Notes: generated from the sequence alone by a model not told the origin. Numbered from the stretch's first letter, positions 50,800 to 60,120 are shown. The stretch: 64,000 nucleotides of DNA from Bacteroidota bacterium (GCA_043738745.1 JAYUFL010000135.1:796-64795), one strand, 5' to 3'. Translations and numbers: made by a program.

Positions 50800-52170
50800 T
50801 TACTTCAGCAATCCTAATATTAAATTTGGAAAAATTCCTATTGTAATGTTTAATGCAATTGCTGTAACGCCAACAAAATAATATACAAATGGAGTTTTTT
50901 CAGCAACTTCGTTTGGCTCACGAGTGTACATAACCAAGATTAGTTTAAAATAGTATCCTACACTAATAATCGAACTAATTACAGCCGCAATTACAACCGC
51001 TAAATAACCTGCCTCGATTGTGTTGGAAAATAACATAAACTTAGCAAAAAATCCTGAAAAAATGGGTATTCCAGCCATCGAAAGTAATGATGCGGTTAAT
51101 ATTCCTGCCATCAAGGGATTTGTTTTTCCTAATCCGTTGAAATTCAAAATATCTTCGTTGTCTTTATTTCTAGTTGCAAATATTATTACAGCAAAAGATG
51201 CCATTCCTGCCAATGCATACGCGCAAGTATAATATAACAATGTTCCTTGAGAGTTGGCTATATTTAATAAAGTCATTAACATAAATCCAGCATGAGAAAT
51301 TCCTGAAAAAGCCAACATTCGCTTTACATTATTTTGTCTCAATGCCATAATATTTCCTACCGTCATCGATAAAACAGAAATTATTGCAACTACCATTTTG
51401 AAACTATCCGAAACATTTGCATCAAGCGAACTTACTAATTTATAAAGTGTTGCAACGGCTACAACTTTGGCGATTGTGCTCATTGTTGCTGTAGTAAGTG
51501 CGGGTGAACCTTCGTAAACATCTGGTGCCCAAAAGTGAAAAGGAACGGCTGCAATCTTGAAAAACATTCCGATAATGATCATTGTTAAACCAATGTAAAA
51601 CCATTCAGGAATTCCCATTCCTTGTGATAATTCGTAAATTTCTTGAATGTTAAACGAACCAGTTGCGCCATAAACCAGACAAATTCCAAACAAAATTATT
51701 CCCGATGCAAATGATCCCATCAAGAAATATTTCATACCTGCCTCATTACTTTTCACACTCAAACGATTGCTTGCCGCTAATATGTATAATGAAATTGATA
51801 AAACCTCGATTCCCAAGAAAAACATTGCCATATTTCCAAACGAAACCATAGCAACTGCACCCGAAAGCAAAAAGACTTTTATAGCAATAAAATCGGAAAT
51901 TTTAGTTTCGTGGTCTTTATAAAAATCTTGACCTAATGCAACCAAAAACACAGTCAAAACAATAAATAAACTCGAAAAAGTCACCGAAAAATTATTGACA
52001 ACAATCATAGAATTGTAATGACTTGACGGATAATTATATTCGGAAACGGTCAAACCAAGAATTGCTAAAAGTCCAAGAATTGTAAATGGAACAATTACTT
52101 TTCTGGCATTGAAAATTTCAAATACTAGACATAAAACGCCTAGTGAGATTATTGCTATTAATGTGTTCAT
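50800..52170 (-). CDS. nuoN: NADH-quinone oxidoreductase subunit N
   Basis: EAGMKYFLMGS, FKIAAVPFHFWAPDVYEG, KRMLAFSGISHAG. Confidence 0.95.
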   Translation of the reverse strand: MNTLIAIISLGVLCLVFEIFNARKVIVPFTILGLLAILGLTVSEYNYPSSHYNSMIVVNNFSVTFSSLFIVLTVFLVALGQDFYKDHETKISDFIAIKVFLLSGAVAMVSFGNMAMFFLGIEVLSISLYILAASNRLSVKSNEAGMKYFLMGSFASGIILFGICLVYGATGSFNIQEIYELSQGMGIPEWFYIGLTMIIIGMFFKIAAVPFHFWAPDVYEGSPALTTATMSTIAKVVAVATLYKLVSSLDANVSDSFKMVVAIISVLSMTVGNIMALRQNNVKRMLAFSGISHAGFMLMTLLNIANSQGTLLYYTCAYALAGMASFAVIIFATRNKDNEDILNFNGLGKTNPLMAGILTASLLSMAGIPIFSGFFAKFMLFSNTIEAGYLAVVIAAVISSIISVGYYFKLILVMYTREPNEVAEKTPFVYYFVGVTAIALNITIGIFPNLILGLLK

Positions 52171-52251
52171 TTTTTATTATTGATTTAGGATTTAGTGTTT
52201 GCAATTTTAATTATTGCTTTACTAAATTCTGAATATTTATATTTATTAAAA

Positions 52252-53694
52252 TTAAAACTGGCGATTTATAACATTCAAAACAACTTCCAAACTTGGTTTT
52301 ATAAACTCGACAATTGGTTTTGGATACAATCCGAAAAACAATAAAAACCCAATGATTACAACCAAAACCATTCCTTCGTTTACTGTTATGTCTTTAAAAA
52401 CTTTTGAATTTGTTTCGCCTAACATTACGTGTTGAAACATTTTTAGCATATAATAAGCACCTAAAATAATTGTTGTTCCGCCCAAAACGGCATACCAAAC
52501 ATTTATTTGCGAAAGCGAATATAAAACGGTGAATTCTCCAACAAAGTTAAATGTTCCAGGCAAAGCAACCGATGCCAATACCAAGATCATAAACATTGAT
52601 GCAAATTTTGGAGATTGTTCCCTGATTCCGCCCATTTCAGAAATGTTTCTGGTTTCGAAACGTCTGTAAATTATTTCGGCTGCGAAAAACAATCCAACAA
52701 TTACAAATCCGTGGGCAATCATTTGCAAAACTGCTCCTGATAATCCGTCGAGTGTTAATGTATAGCAACCCGCTGCGATTAATCCAACGTGTGCCAAAGA
52801 TGAATACGCCAATAATTTCTTCAAATCTTTTTGGCGTAAAGCAACGATTGAACCATAAATTACGCCAGCAATTCCTAATCCCAATAAAATTGGCATAAAC
52901 GTTTTTGCAGCCAATGGTGCAATTGGCAATTGCCAACGAATAACGCTGTACAATCCCATTTTTAGCATAATTCCAGACAACAACATTGTTCCTAATGTTG
53001 GTGCTTTTTGATACACTTTTGCTTGCCAAGTATGAAATGGGATTAATGGTATTTTGATAGCATAAGCCAAGAAAAATGCCAAGAATATCCAACTTTGTTC
53101 GTTTACTGACAAGTCTAATTTATAGAAATCTTCAATCAAGAAACTATGTGCTTTTTGGTACAAATAAACAAAAGCCACCAACATAAAAAGTGATCCTGCT
53201 AAAGTGTAAATAAAGAATTTCAAGACTGCTTTTTTGCGTTCGTCGGCATCGCCATTTCCCCAAATAAGTGCTATAAAATAAATTGGAATCAATGCCAATT
53301 CCCAGAAAATATAATACAAAAATCCGTCGCCAGCCAAGAAAGTTCCGACCATTGCAAATGACATAAACAGAATTAATCCGTAGATTGCTTTTGCATTTTG
53401 AAACTCATTCCCGAATGATGAAAAGATGATAATTGGTGTCAAAGCCGTTGTCAATAAAACCATCGACAGAGATAATCCATCGGCATTTAATGCAAAATGA
53501 ATATTTGGTTTTGCGATCCATTGTAATAAAACATTGATGTCTTCGCCTTGATTGAATTGGTTTAATAATGCTAATGAAATTCCAAAAGCAGCCAATCCAA
53601 AAAACAAAGCCACTTTCGATGCCAACTTATCGCCAGAGAAATAAGTAGCAAATGCGCCGACTAAAAGAATAATTAATAAATAAGATATGTCCAT
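52252..53694 (-). CDS. nuoM: NADH-quinone oxidoreductase subunit M
   Basis: FYIFWELALIP, KIPLIPFHTW, LLAYSSLAHVG, ALPGTFNFVGE. Confidence 0.95.
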   Translation of the reverse strand: MDISYLLIILLVGAFATYFSGDKLASKVALFFGLAAFGISLALLNQFNQGEDINVLLQWIAKPNIHFALNADGLSLSMVLLTTALTPIIIFSSFGNEFQNAKAIYGLILFMSFAMVGTFLAGDGFLYYIFWELALIPIYFIALIWGNGDADERKKAVLKFFIYTLAGSLFMLVAFVYLYQKAHSFLIEDFYKLDLSVNEQSWIFLAFFLAYAIKIPLIPFHTWQAKVYQKAPTLGTMLLSGIMLKMGLYSVIRWQLPIAPLAAKTFMPILLGLGIAGVIYGSIVALRQKDLKKLLAYSSLAHVGLIAAGCYTLTLDGLSGAVLQMIAHGFVIVGLFFAAEIIYRRFETRNISEMGGIREQSPKFASMFMILVLASVALPGTFNFVGEFTVLYSLSQINVWYAVLGGTTIILGAYYMLKMFQHVMLGETNSKVFKDITVNEGMVLVVIIGFLLFFGLYPKPIVEFIKPSLEVVLNVINRQF

Positions 53695-53704
53695 TATGTA
53701 GAAA

Positions 53705-55591
53705 TTATTGTGCTAAAAATAAATAAATTAATATTGCCGAAACGCCTATTACAAATGCAAAAAGATACAATCCAATGTTTCCGTTTTGCAATTTTTTTCC
53801 TTGTTTTCCAAAATAATTTGCGCCTGTTCCCAATCCGAAAACCAATCCAGAAAGTGTTGGTTCAACATTATTTCTGAATATTTTTGATAAAGCGTTTATA
53901 GGTTTCACAAAAATTGCGTTGTAACCTTCATCAACATAATATTTGTTGTATAAAACTTTAGCAAAACCAGTAATTTCTGAATCTTGCGACGGAACTTGAT
54001 TTTGTTTTATGTATTTGGAGTAAGCAATAAAAATTCCGACCAATGCTCCGATTGTTGCAATTCCCATTAAAATGTAATCTGTGCTTCCTAAAGCGTAGTG
54101 TTCTTTTCCTAATTTTGGTAAAATTGGAGTCAAATAATGATTCAACCAACTGTTTCCTGGCAAAGATATTAATCCGCCAACGGCAGCCAAAATCGCTAAA
54201 ATTACAAGTGGAAACGTTATTAATGCTGGACTTTCGTGCAAATGAGATTTTTGTTTTTCGGTTCCTCTGAATTCTTTAAAGAATGTCAAATACATTAATC
54301 TAAACATATAAAAAGCAGTCAAAATCGATGCAATTGAACCCACAACCCAAAGTGCGATATTTCCGTGAAATGCGGTCATTAATATTTCGTCTTTTGACCA
54401 AAATCCTGCAAAAGGAAAAATTCCAGATATTGCTAAAGTTGAAATCATCATTGTCCAAAACGTAATTGGCATTACTTTTTTCAATCCGCCCATATTGCGC
54501 ATATCTTGTTCACCGTGCAAAGCGTGAATCACCGAACCCGAACCTAAAAACAAACAAGCCTTGAAAAATGCGTGAGTAATTACGTGAAAAACAGCAACTT
54601 CATAAGCGCCAAGTCCCAAAGCCAAAAACATTAATCCTAATTGTGATACGGTCGAATAAGCCAAAACTTTCTTAATATCATTCTGAACTAACCCGATAGT
54701 TGCAGCGACTAATGCTGTTACTGCTCCAACAACCGATATCAATATTTGAACAGAATAAGCCATATCGAAAACATAATTCAATCTGGTAATCATAAAAATC
54801 CCCGCAGTTACCATCGTCGCAGCGTGAATCAATGCCGAAACTGGCGTTGGCCCAGCCATTGCATCTGGCAACCAAGTATATAAAGGAATTTGTGCCGATT
54901 TTCCACAAGCACCAATGAATAAACAAAATGCCGCAATTGGCAACGCATCTAAGTGCAAACCTTTGTCATCGGCAATTGCCATTTGCAAAGTCGTATAATC
55001 CAAACATCCAAAACTATAGGCTAAAATAAAAATCCCGATTAGCAAACCTAAATCGCCAATTCTATTCATTATGAATGCCTTTTTGGCAGCATCGTTGTAC
55101 TCTTGATTTTTGTACCAAAATCCGATTAACAAATACGAACATAAACCAACTCCTTCCCAACCAATGAACATTACTAGTAAATTGTTGCCAATAACTAAGG
55201 TAATCATAAAGAAAATAAACAAGTTTAGGTAAGCAAAAAACTTGTTCATATTCTCGTCATCGTGCATATAACTAATAGAATACAAGTGAATTAGAGAACC
55301 GATTCCAGTTACAAACAATAACCATAATAATGACAATTGATCGAATAAAAATCCAAAATCAACTTTAAAGTTATGAACCGAAATCCATTCGAATAATGAA
55401 ATTTCAATAGCAGTTTTACTTTGATTTACATCTAAAAATAAAATCAAAGTAACTATAAACGAAGTAATTACTGCAAATGTTCCAATATAACCTGAAACAT
55501 TTTTAGTAACATTTTTACCGAAAAAAACATTGAATAAAAATCCAACGAACGGTGATAACAATAATAAGAGTGATAAAATTGTGTTGTCCAT
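53705..55591 (-). CDS. nuoL: NADH-quinone oxidoreductase subunit L
   Basis: FIGWEGVGLCSYLLIGFW, GKSAQIPLYTWLPDAMAGPTPVSALIHAATMV. Confidence 0.96.
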   Translation of the reverse strand: MDNTILSLLLLLSPFVGFLFNVFFGKNVTKNVSGYIGTFAVITSFIVTLILFLDVNQSKTAIEISLFEWISVHNFKVDFGFLFDQLSLLWLLFVTGIGSLIHLYSISYMHDDENMNKFFAYLNLFIFFMITLVIGNNLLVMFIGWEGVGLCSYLLIGFWYKNQEYNDAAKKAFIMNRIGDLGLLIGIFILAYSFGCLDYTTLQMAIADDKGLHLDALPIAAFCLFIGACGKSAQIPLYTWLPDAMAGPTPVSALIHAATMVTAGIFMITRLNYVFDMAYSVQILISVVGAVTALVAATIGLVQNDIKKVLAYSTVSQLGLMFLALGLGAYEVAVFHVITHAFFKACLFLGSGSVIHALHGEQDMRNMGGLKKVMPITFWTMMISTLAISGIFPFAGFWSKDEILMTAFHGNIALWVVGSIASILTAFYMFRLMYLTFFKEFRGTEKQKSHLHESPALITFPLVILAILAAVGGLISLPGNSWLNHYLTPILPKLGKEHYALGSTDYILMGIATIGALVGIFIAYSKYIKQNQVPSQDSEITGFAKVLYNKYYVDEGYNAIFVKPINALSKIFRNNVEPTLSGLVFGLGTGANYFGKQGKKLQNGNIGLYLFAFVIGVSAILIYLFLAQ

Positions 55592-55597
55592 TGCGAA

Positions 55598-55918
55598 TTA
55601 TCCTTTTAAGTTTTTTAAATTATCAATATCAATCGAGCCTAAATTTCTGAAAACTGATACCAAAATCGCCAATCCAACGGCGACTTCTGCGGCAGCAACA
55701 GCCATCGAAAAGAATACGAAAACTTGTCCGTTTGCATCTTGATGATACGTCGAAAACGCAACAAACAAAAGGTTCACGGCGTTGAGCATAATTTCTATCG
55801 ACATAAATACGATAATGGCATTTCTGCGGTACAAAACTCCAAAAATCCCAATACAGAACATAAGTGCCGAAAGGAAAATATAGTTTTGAATGCCTATTTC
55901 TTGTAAAATATTTTGCAT
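55598..55918 (-). CDS. nuoK: NADH-quinone oxidoreductase subunit K
   Basis: [28 protein letters not shown]. Confidence 0.96.
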   Translation of the reverse strand: MQNILQEIGIQNYIFLSALMFCIGIFGVLYRRNAIIVFMSIEIMLNAVNLLFVAFSTYHQDANGQVFVFFSMAVAAAEVAVGLAILVSVFRNLGSIDIDNLKNLKG

Positions 55919-55920
55919 CT

Positions 55921-56442
55921 TTATTTTTTAAGTTCTTCTTTTTTAGACAATAAAACCGTTCCAATCATTGCTACCAAAAGCAAAATCGAAGCATATTCAA
56001 ACGGAACCATAAAACCTTCTTTGTCGTCCAACAAAACGTTTCCTAGTTTTTTAATTGATTGATAATCAGTTCCTGAAACATCATATTCAGCAATAAACGG
56101 AACTGCATTTGTGAATATCAAAACCAATATCACACAAATAGAAACGAACGAAACAATTGCTCCCAAACGGGTGATTCTGGGTTTATGAACTTCGTTTTCT
56201 TTGTTCAAATTCATTAACATTATCGTAAAAAGAAACAAAACCATAATCGCTCCCGAATAGACAATTATTTGTACAATTGCCAAAAATTGCGAGTTCAATA
56301 ACAAAAAATGAAATGCGATTGTAAAAAAACAAACCACTAAATAAATAGCACTGTGAATAGGGTTTTTGCTGTAAATTGTCATAAATGCAGTTCCAAGTGT
56401 GACTGCCGACAATAAATAAAATATAATTAAAAATGTACTCAT
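55921..56442 (-). CDS. nuoJ: NADH-quinone oxidoreductase subunit J
   Basis: [31 protein letters not shown]. Confidence 0.94.
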   Translation of the reverse strand: MSTFLIIFYLLSAVTLGTAFMTIYSKNPIHSAIYLVVCFFTIAFHFLLLNSQFLAIVQIIVYSGAIMVLFLFTIMLMNLNKENEVHKPRITRLGAIVSFVSICVILVLIFTNAVPFIAEYDVSGTDYQSIKKLGNVLLDDKEGFMVPFEYASILLLVAMIGTVLLSKKEELKK

Positions 56443-56987
56443 TAATTCAAATTTAATTGTTGAGAATTTTGCATTGCAACATCCAAAGGCATTACCAATC
56501 GATCTTTTCCGAAAATAAAATCTTCACGTTTGCCGCTCGAAGGCACCAAAACTTTCGAAGTTGTCAAATAAATTGCATCTTTTGGACACGCTTCTTCGCA
56601 TAAACCACAAAAAATACAACGCAACATATTGATTTCATAAATCGAAGCATATTTTTCTTCTCTATACAAATGTTTCTCTTCTTTTGTGCGTTCGGCAGCC
56701 GTCATTGTGATGGCTTCTGCAGGACAAGAAAGTGCACAAAGTCCACAAGCCGTGCAATTTTCACGACCTTGCTCATCACGTTTCAACTGATGTTGCCCAC
56801 GATACACTGGACTCATTTCTCGAACTTGCTCCGGATAATGAATCGTTGCTTTTTTTCTAAAAAAGTGTTTTATAGTAATCAACAGCCCTTTCACAATGGC
56901 GATCAAATACATACTTTCAAAAAAAGTCATCTCCTTGTTCGAGACTTGTTTTTTACTTCCAGAAAGCGAAATTGTTTCTATTGACAT
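56442..56987 (-). CDS. nuoI: NADH-quinone oxidoreductase subunit I
   Basis: CTACGLCALSCP and CIFCGLCEEACP ferredoxin motifs. Confidence 0.95.
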   Translation of the reverse strand: MSIETISLSGSKKQVSNKEMTFFESMYLIAIVKGLLITIKHFFRKKATIHYPEQVREMSPVYRGQHQLKRDEQGRENCTACGLCALSCPAEAITMTAAERTKEEKHLYREEKYASIYEINMLRCIFCGLCEEACPKDAIYLTTSKVLVPSSGKREDFIFGKDRLVMPLDVAMQNSQQLNLN

Positions 56988-57013
56988 TCTTTATTTTATT
57001 TTATTTTATTTTT

Positions 57014-57108
57014 GGAGCCAATCCTGCTATTCGTTACAATCTTTTTTAAAATTTGCTTGCTTCGCCGCAAACTTTAAAAAAGGATTTCCACTGCTATCAG
57101 GGCTAGGG
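57014..57108 (+). repeat. Flavobacterial dispersed structured repeat, copy 1 (Flavo-1 RNA-like)
   Basis: CCAATCCTGCTATTCGTTACAATCTTTT-[hairpin]-AAAAGGATTTCCACTGCTATCAGGGCTAGG; homologous to the reverse complement of 60041-60120. Confidence 0.6.
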
Positions 57109-57130
57109 CATTCCGTTTCAATTCAACTTT

Positions 57131-57655
57131 TTAATTTTTATAACCAATTTTAGTTCTTTCGACTTTATTTTCGTGCTTATCCATCATTTCGTCAAGATAA
57201 GAAAACAAAAGTTCAGTATTTTTATCACTGTTGTCTAACCTTCTTTTAATTTCTTGAATATCAATTTTCAATGTCAAATTATTTGATAGAAATTCTCTCA
57301 TACTCACAAAAATTTCTATAATTTTTATGCTCATTTGAGATGCTTTATCACTTTTTACAACATTTGACAATTGCAAAATTCCGTGTTCTGTAAAAACATA
57401 AGGCAATGACCCGCCTAATGCCTGTTTAGAAGGTATCGCATTTTGCGATACCATAATTTCTGTTTCAATTTCATTCAATCTAAACATAAAATGTTCAGGA
57501 AATTTATCAGGATTTCTTGCGATTTGTTCTCGTAATCGATATGGTTTCACATCAAACAATATTGCTAAATCTCTATCTAACATCACTTTAGTATTCCTAA
57601 CGAAATAAATTTTATTTTCAATTATTTCATTTGGAATAATGATGCTGTCTTTCAT
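57131..57655 (-). CDS. ORF6N domain DNA-binding protein inserted in the nuo operon
   Basis: KVMLDRDLAILFDV, RNPDKFPEHFMFRL, LPYVFTEHG, C-terminal coiled coil and KIGY tail. Confidence 0.9.
   Translation of the reverse strand: MKDSIIIPNEIIENKIYFVRNTKVMLDRDLAILFDVKPYRLREQIARNPDKFPEHFMFRLNEIETEIMVSQNAIPSKQALGGSLPYVFTEHGILQLSNVVKSDKASQMSIKIIEIFVSMREFLSNNLTLKIDIQEIKRRLDNSDKNTELLFSYLDEMMDKHENKVERTKIGYKN
57432..57452. repeat. Palindrome copy A, inside ORF6N
   Basis: GGTATCGCA-TTT-TGCGATACC; minus strand encodes (M)VSQNAIP. Confidence 0.9.
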
Positions 57656-57669
57656 TTTAAATTTTTAAT

Positions 57670-57694
57670 AAGGTATCGCAAAATGCGATACCTT
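57670..57694. repeat. Palindrome copy B, 14 bp upstream of the ORF6N ATG
   Basis: AAGGTATCGCA-AAA-TGCGATACCTT. Confidence 0.9.
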
Positions 57695-57784
57695 TAGTTT
57701 TACCTTATGTAAGTTTATTTAAATTTCTGTTTTTAAATAACTTATGATATTTTAAAATAGTGTTTTTGATGCTTTTTATTCCAT

Positions 57785-57809
57785 AAGATATCACATTTTG
57801 TGATACCTT
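57785..57809. repeat. Palindrome copy C, degenerate, near the nuoH stop
   Basis: AAGATATCACA-TTT-TGTGATACCTT. Confidence 0.8.
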
Positions 57810-57847
57810 AAATTTATTTTTATATGCCAATTTGACTCCTCAAGTTA

Positions 57848-58900
57848 TTAAAACCCAAAATAAGTAGCAATTTCACTTTTCAAAAGCACAATTCCAACTA
57901 CAACTATATTAGCAATCGAAAGCGGAATCAAAATTTTCCAACCCAAATTCATCAATTGATCGTAACGAAAACGCGGAATCGTCCAACGCACCCACATGTA
58001 GAAAAATATGAATCCACAAATTTTTGCAAATAAAACAATTATTCCGATAACATTACCAATATTTATGCCCCAATTTTCAACAACCCAACCCATTCCTGGA
58101 TAATTGTATCCACCGAAGAATAAAACAGCCAATATTGCTGACGAAATAAACATATTTGCATATTCAGCAAACAAATAAAATCCCATTTTCATTGACGAAT
58201 ATTCGGTGTGATAACCACCAATTAATTCTGTTTCGCATTCTGCTAAGTCAAATGGCGTTCTGTTGGTTTCTGCAAATGCACAAATCAAGAAAATCAAAAA
58301 TGATAATGGTTGATAGAAAACATTCCAATTCATTCCGGCTTGTTGGGCAGAAATTTCTCTTAAACTCAACGTTCCAGTCATCATTAAAAGTGCAATCATC
58401 GATAATCCCATAGCAACTTCATAACTAACCATTTGCGAAGCTGCACGAACGGCGCCCATCAATGAAAACTTGTTGTTAGATGCCCATCCACCAATCATTA
58501 TTCCATAAACTCCAACAGATACAACTCCAAAAATATACAATAAAGCCACATCAATATCTGTCGCTTGAAGCATAATATCTCGACCAAATAAATGAAATTT
58601 ATCGCCCCACGGAATTACCGCACTCGTCATTAATGCTGTGGTCATTGCAATTGCTGGACCAACCATAAACAAAACTTTGTTTGGAGTATTGGGTTCAAAT
58701 TCTTCTTTCGAGAATAATTTTAAACCATCGGCAAGCGGTTGCAACAATCCGCCCCAACCTGCACGGTTTGGACCAACTCTATCTTGTAAATAAGCAGCAA
58801 CTTTGCGTTCTGCCCAAGTAGAATACATTGCCATAAGCATTGTAATTGCAAAAACCACAAAAATTACGGCGCTTTTTTCTATTATAAATGCAGTTTCCAT
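57848..58900 (-). CDS. nuoH: NADH-quinone oxidoreductase subunit H
   Basis: ERKVAAYLQDRVGPNRAG, QPLADGLKL, AETNRTPFDLAE, PRFRYDQLM. Confidence 0.96.
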   Translation of the reverse strand: METAFIIEKSAVIFVVFAITMLMAMYSTWAERKVAAYLQDRVGPNRAGWGGLLQPLADGLKLFSKEEFEPNTPNKVLFMVGPAIAMTTALMTSAVIPWGDKFHLFGRDIMLQATDIDVALLYIFGVVSVGVYGIMIGGWASNNKFSLMGAVRAASQMVSYEVAMGLSMIALLMMTGTLSLREISAQQAGMNWNVFYQPLSFLIFLICAFAETNRTPFDLAECETELIGGYHTEYSSMKMGFYLFAEYANMFISSAILAVLFFGGYNYPGMGWVVENWGINIGNVIGIIVLFAKICGFIFFYMWVRWTIPRFRYDQLMNLGWKILIPLSIANIVVVGIVLLKSEIATYFGF

Positions 58901-58903
58901 TTC

Positions 58904-59926
58904 TTAAGTATTTTTATTTTTAACTAATGGAATATCCGACATACTAATTTTATTTCGGTCTTGTTCACGTCCTTCTAGAATAAATTCTTCGGTGGCGATT
59001 TCGACTTTTTCCAGTTTTTGAGTATAATTATTCTGTCCAATAACTGAATCTTTTTCTACTTTTCTTGGTCCTTCGATAGTCCAATCGGCTACATTTTTAT
59101 GGTCAAAACGACAACCGTTGCAAATAAATTCATCAACTTCGTGGTATTCGTCTTTGCGACCCGTAACTCTTTGAATTTCGCCTCCAAACATCCAAACAGT
59201 AGTTTTTCCGCAACATTTGTCGCAATCTCTATGAGCGTTGTAAGGTTTGTTGAACCAAACACGTTGTTTGAAACGGAAAGTTTTATCGGTCAATGCGCCA
59301 ACTGGGCAAACATCAATCATATTTCCAGAAAATTCGTTGTCGATTGCTTTGGAAATCATAGTCGAAATATTCGAATGATCGCCACGATCCATAACGCCGT
59401 GAACTCGGTCATCGCACAATTGGTCGGCAACTTGAACACAACGTTGGCACAAAATGCAACGGTTCATATGCAGTTGAATGTTTGGACCAATATCCTCAGG
59501 TTCGAAAGTTCTTTTTTCTTCGATGAAACGCGATTTTGGGTTTCCGTGTTTGAAACTTAAATTTTGCAAATCGCACTCGCCTGCTTGATCACAAACTGGG
59601 CAATCTAGCGGGTGATTTATCAATAAAAATTCGGTTACCGATTTTCTTGCTTCTTGAACTCTTGGCGATGCTTTGCTGGCAATTTCCATTCCATCTTGGC
59701 AACCCGTTACACACGATGCCATTAATTTTGGCATTGGTCTCGGGTCGGCTTCGCTGCCTTTGGTTACATCAACAAGGCAACAACGGCATTTGCCACCGCT
59801 TCCTTTTAGTTTAGAATAATAGCACATTGCTGGTGGCACAACTTCGCCACCAATCATTCGGGCTGCTTGCAGGATTGTGGTTCCTGGTTCGACTTCTACG
59901 GATTGTCCGTCAATGGTTACTTTCAT
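58904..59926 (-). CDS. nuoG: NADH-quinone oxidoreductase subunit G (short form)
   Basis: CYYSKL...CRCCLV 2Fe-2S, HPLDCPVCDQAGECDLQ, RCILCQRC, CPVGALT; 340 aa only. Confidence 0.9.
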   Translation of the reverse strand: MKVTIDGQSVEVEPGTTILQAARMIGGEVVPPAMCYYSKLKGSGGKCRCCLVDVTKGSEADPRPMPKLMASCVTGCQDGMEIASKASPRVQEARKSVTEFLLINHPLDCPVCDQAGECDLQNLSFKHGNPKSRFIEEKRTFEPEDIGPNIQLHMNRCILCQRCVQVADQLCDDRVHGVMDRGDHSNISTMISKAIDNEFSGNMIDVCPVGALTDKTFRFKQRVWFNKPYNAHRDCDKCCGKTTVWMFGGEIQRVTGRKDEYHEVDEFICNGCRFDHKNVADWTIEGPRKVEKDSVIGQNNYTQKLEKVEIATEEFILEGREQDRNKISMSDIPLVKNKNT

Positions 59927-59939
59927 TTATTATTATTTT

Positions 59940-59968
59940 CCTCACCCCGACCCTCTCCAAAGGAGAGG
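59940..59968. repeat. REP-like element CCTCACCCCGA-CCCTCTCC-AAA-GGAGAGG
   Basis: GC-rich island with hairpin CCTCTCC/GGAGAGG in AT-rich spacer; resembles the widespread CCCTCACCCCxxCCCTCTCC...GGAGAGGG repeat. Confidence 0.6.
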
Positions 59969-60040
59969 TAGACGAGATAAATGTGTAATTTTTAATTTTT
60001 AAAATCCCAAGCCAACGAAAATAAGCGAAAAACTTTTTCG

Positions 60041-60120
60041 CCTAGCCCCGATTGTAATGGAAATCCTTTTCTTTTTTTTCTTAAAAAAAGAAAAGATTGG
60101 AATGAAAAGCGGGAATTGCC
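60041..60120 (-). repeat. Flavobacterial dispersed structured repeat, copy 2 (Flavo-1 RNA-like)
   Basis: Minus strand GGCAATTCCCGCTTTTCATTCCAATCTTTT-[hairpin]-AAAAGGATTTCCATTACAATCGGGGCTAGG. Confidence 0.6.
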
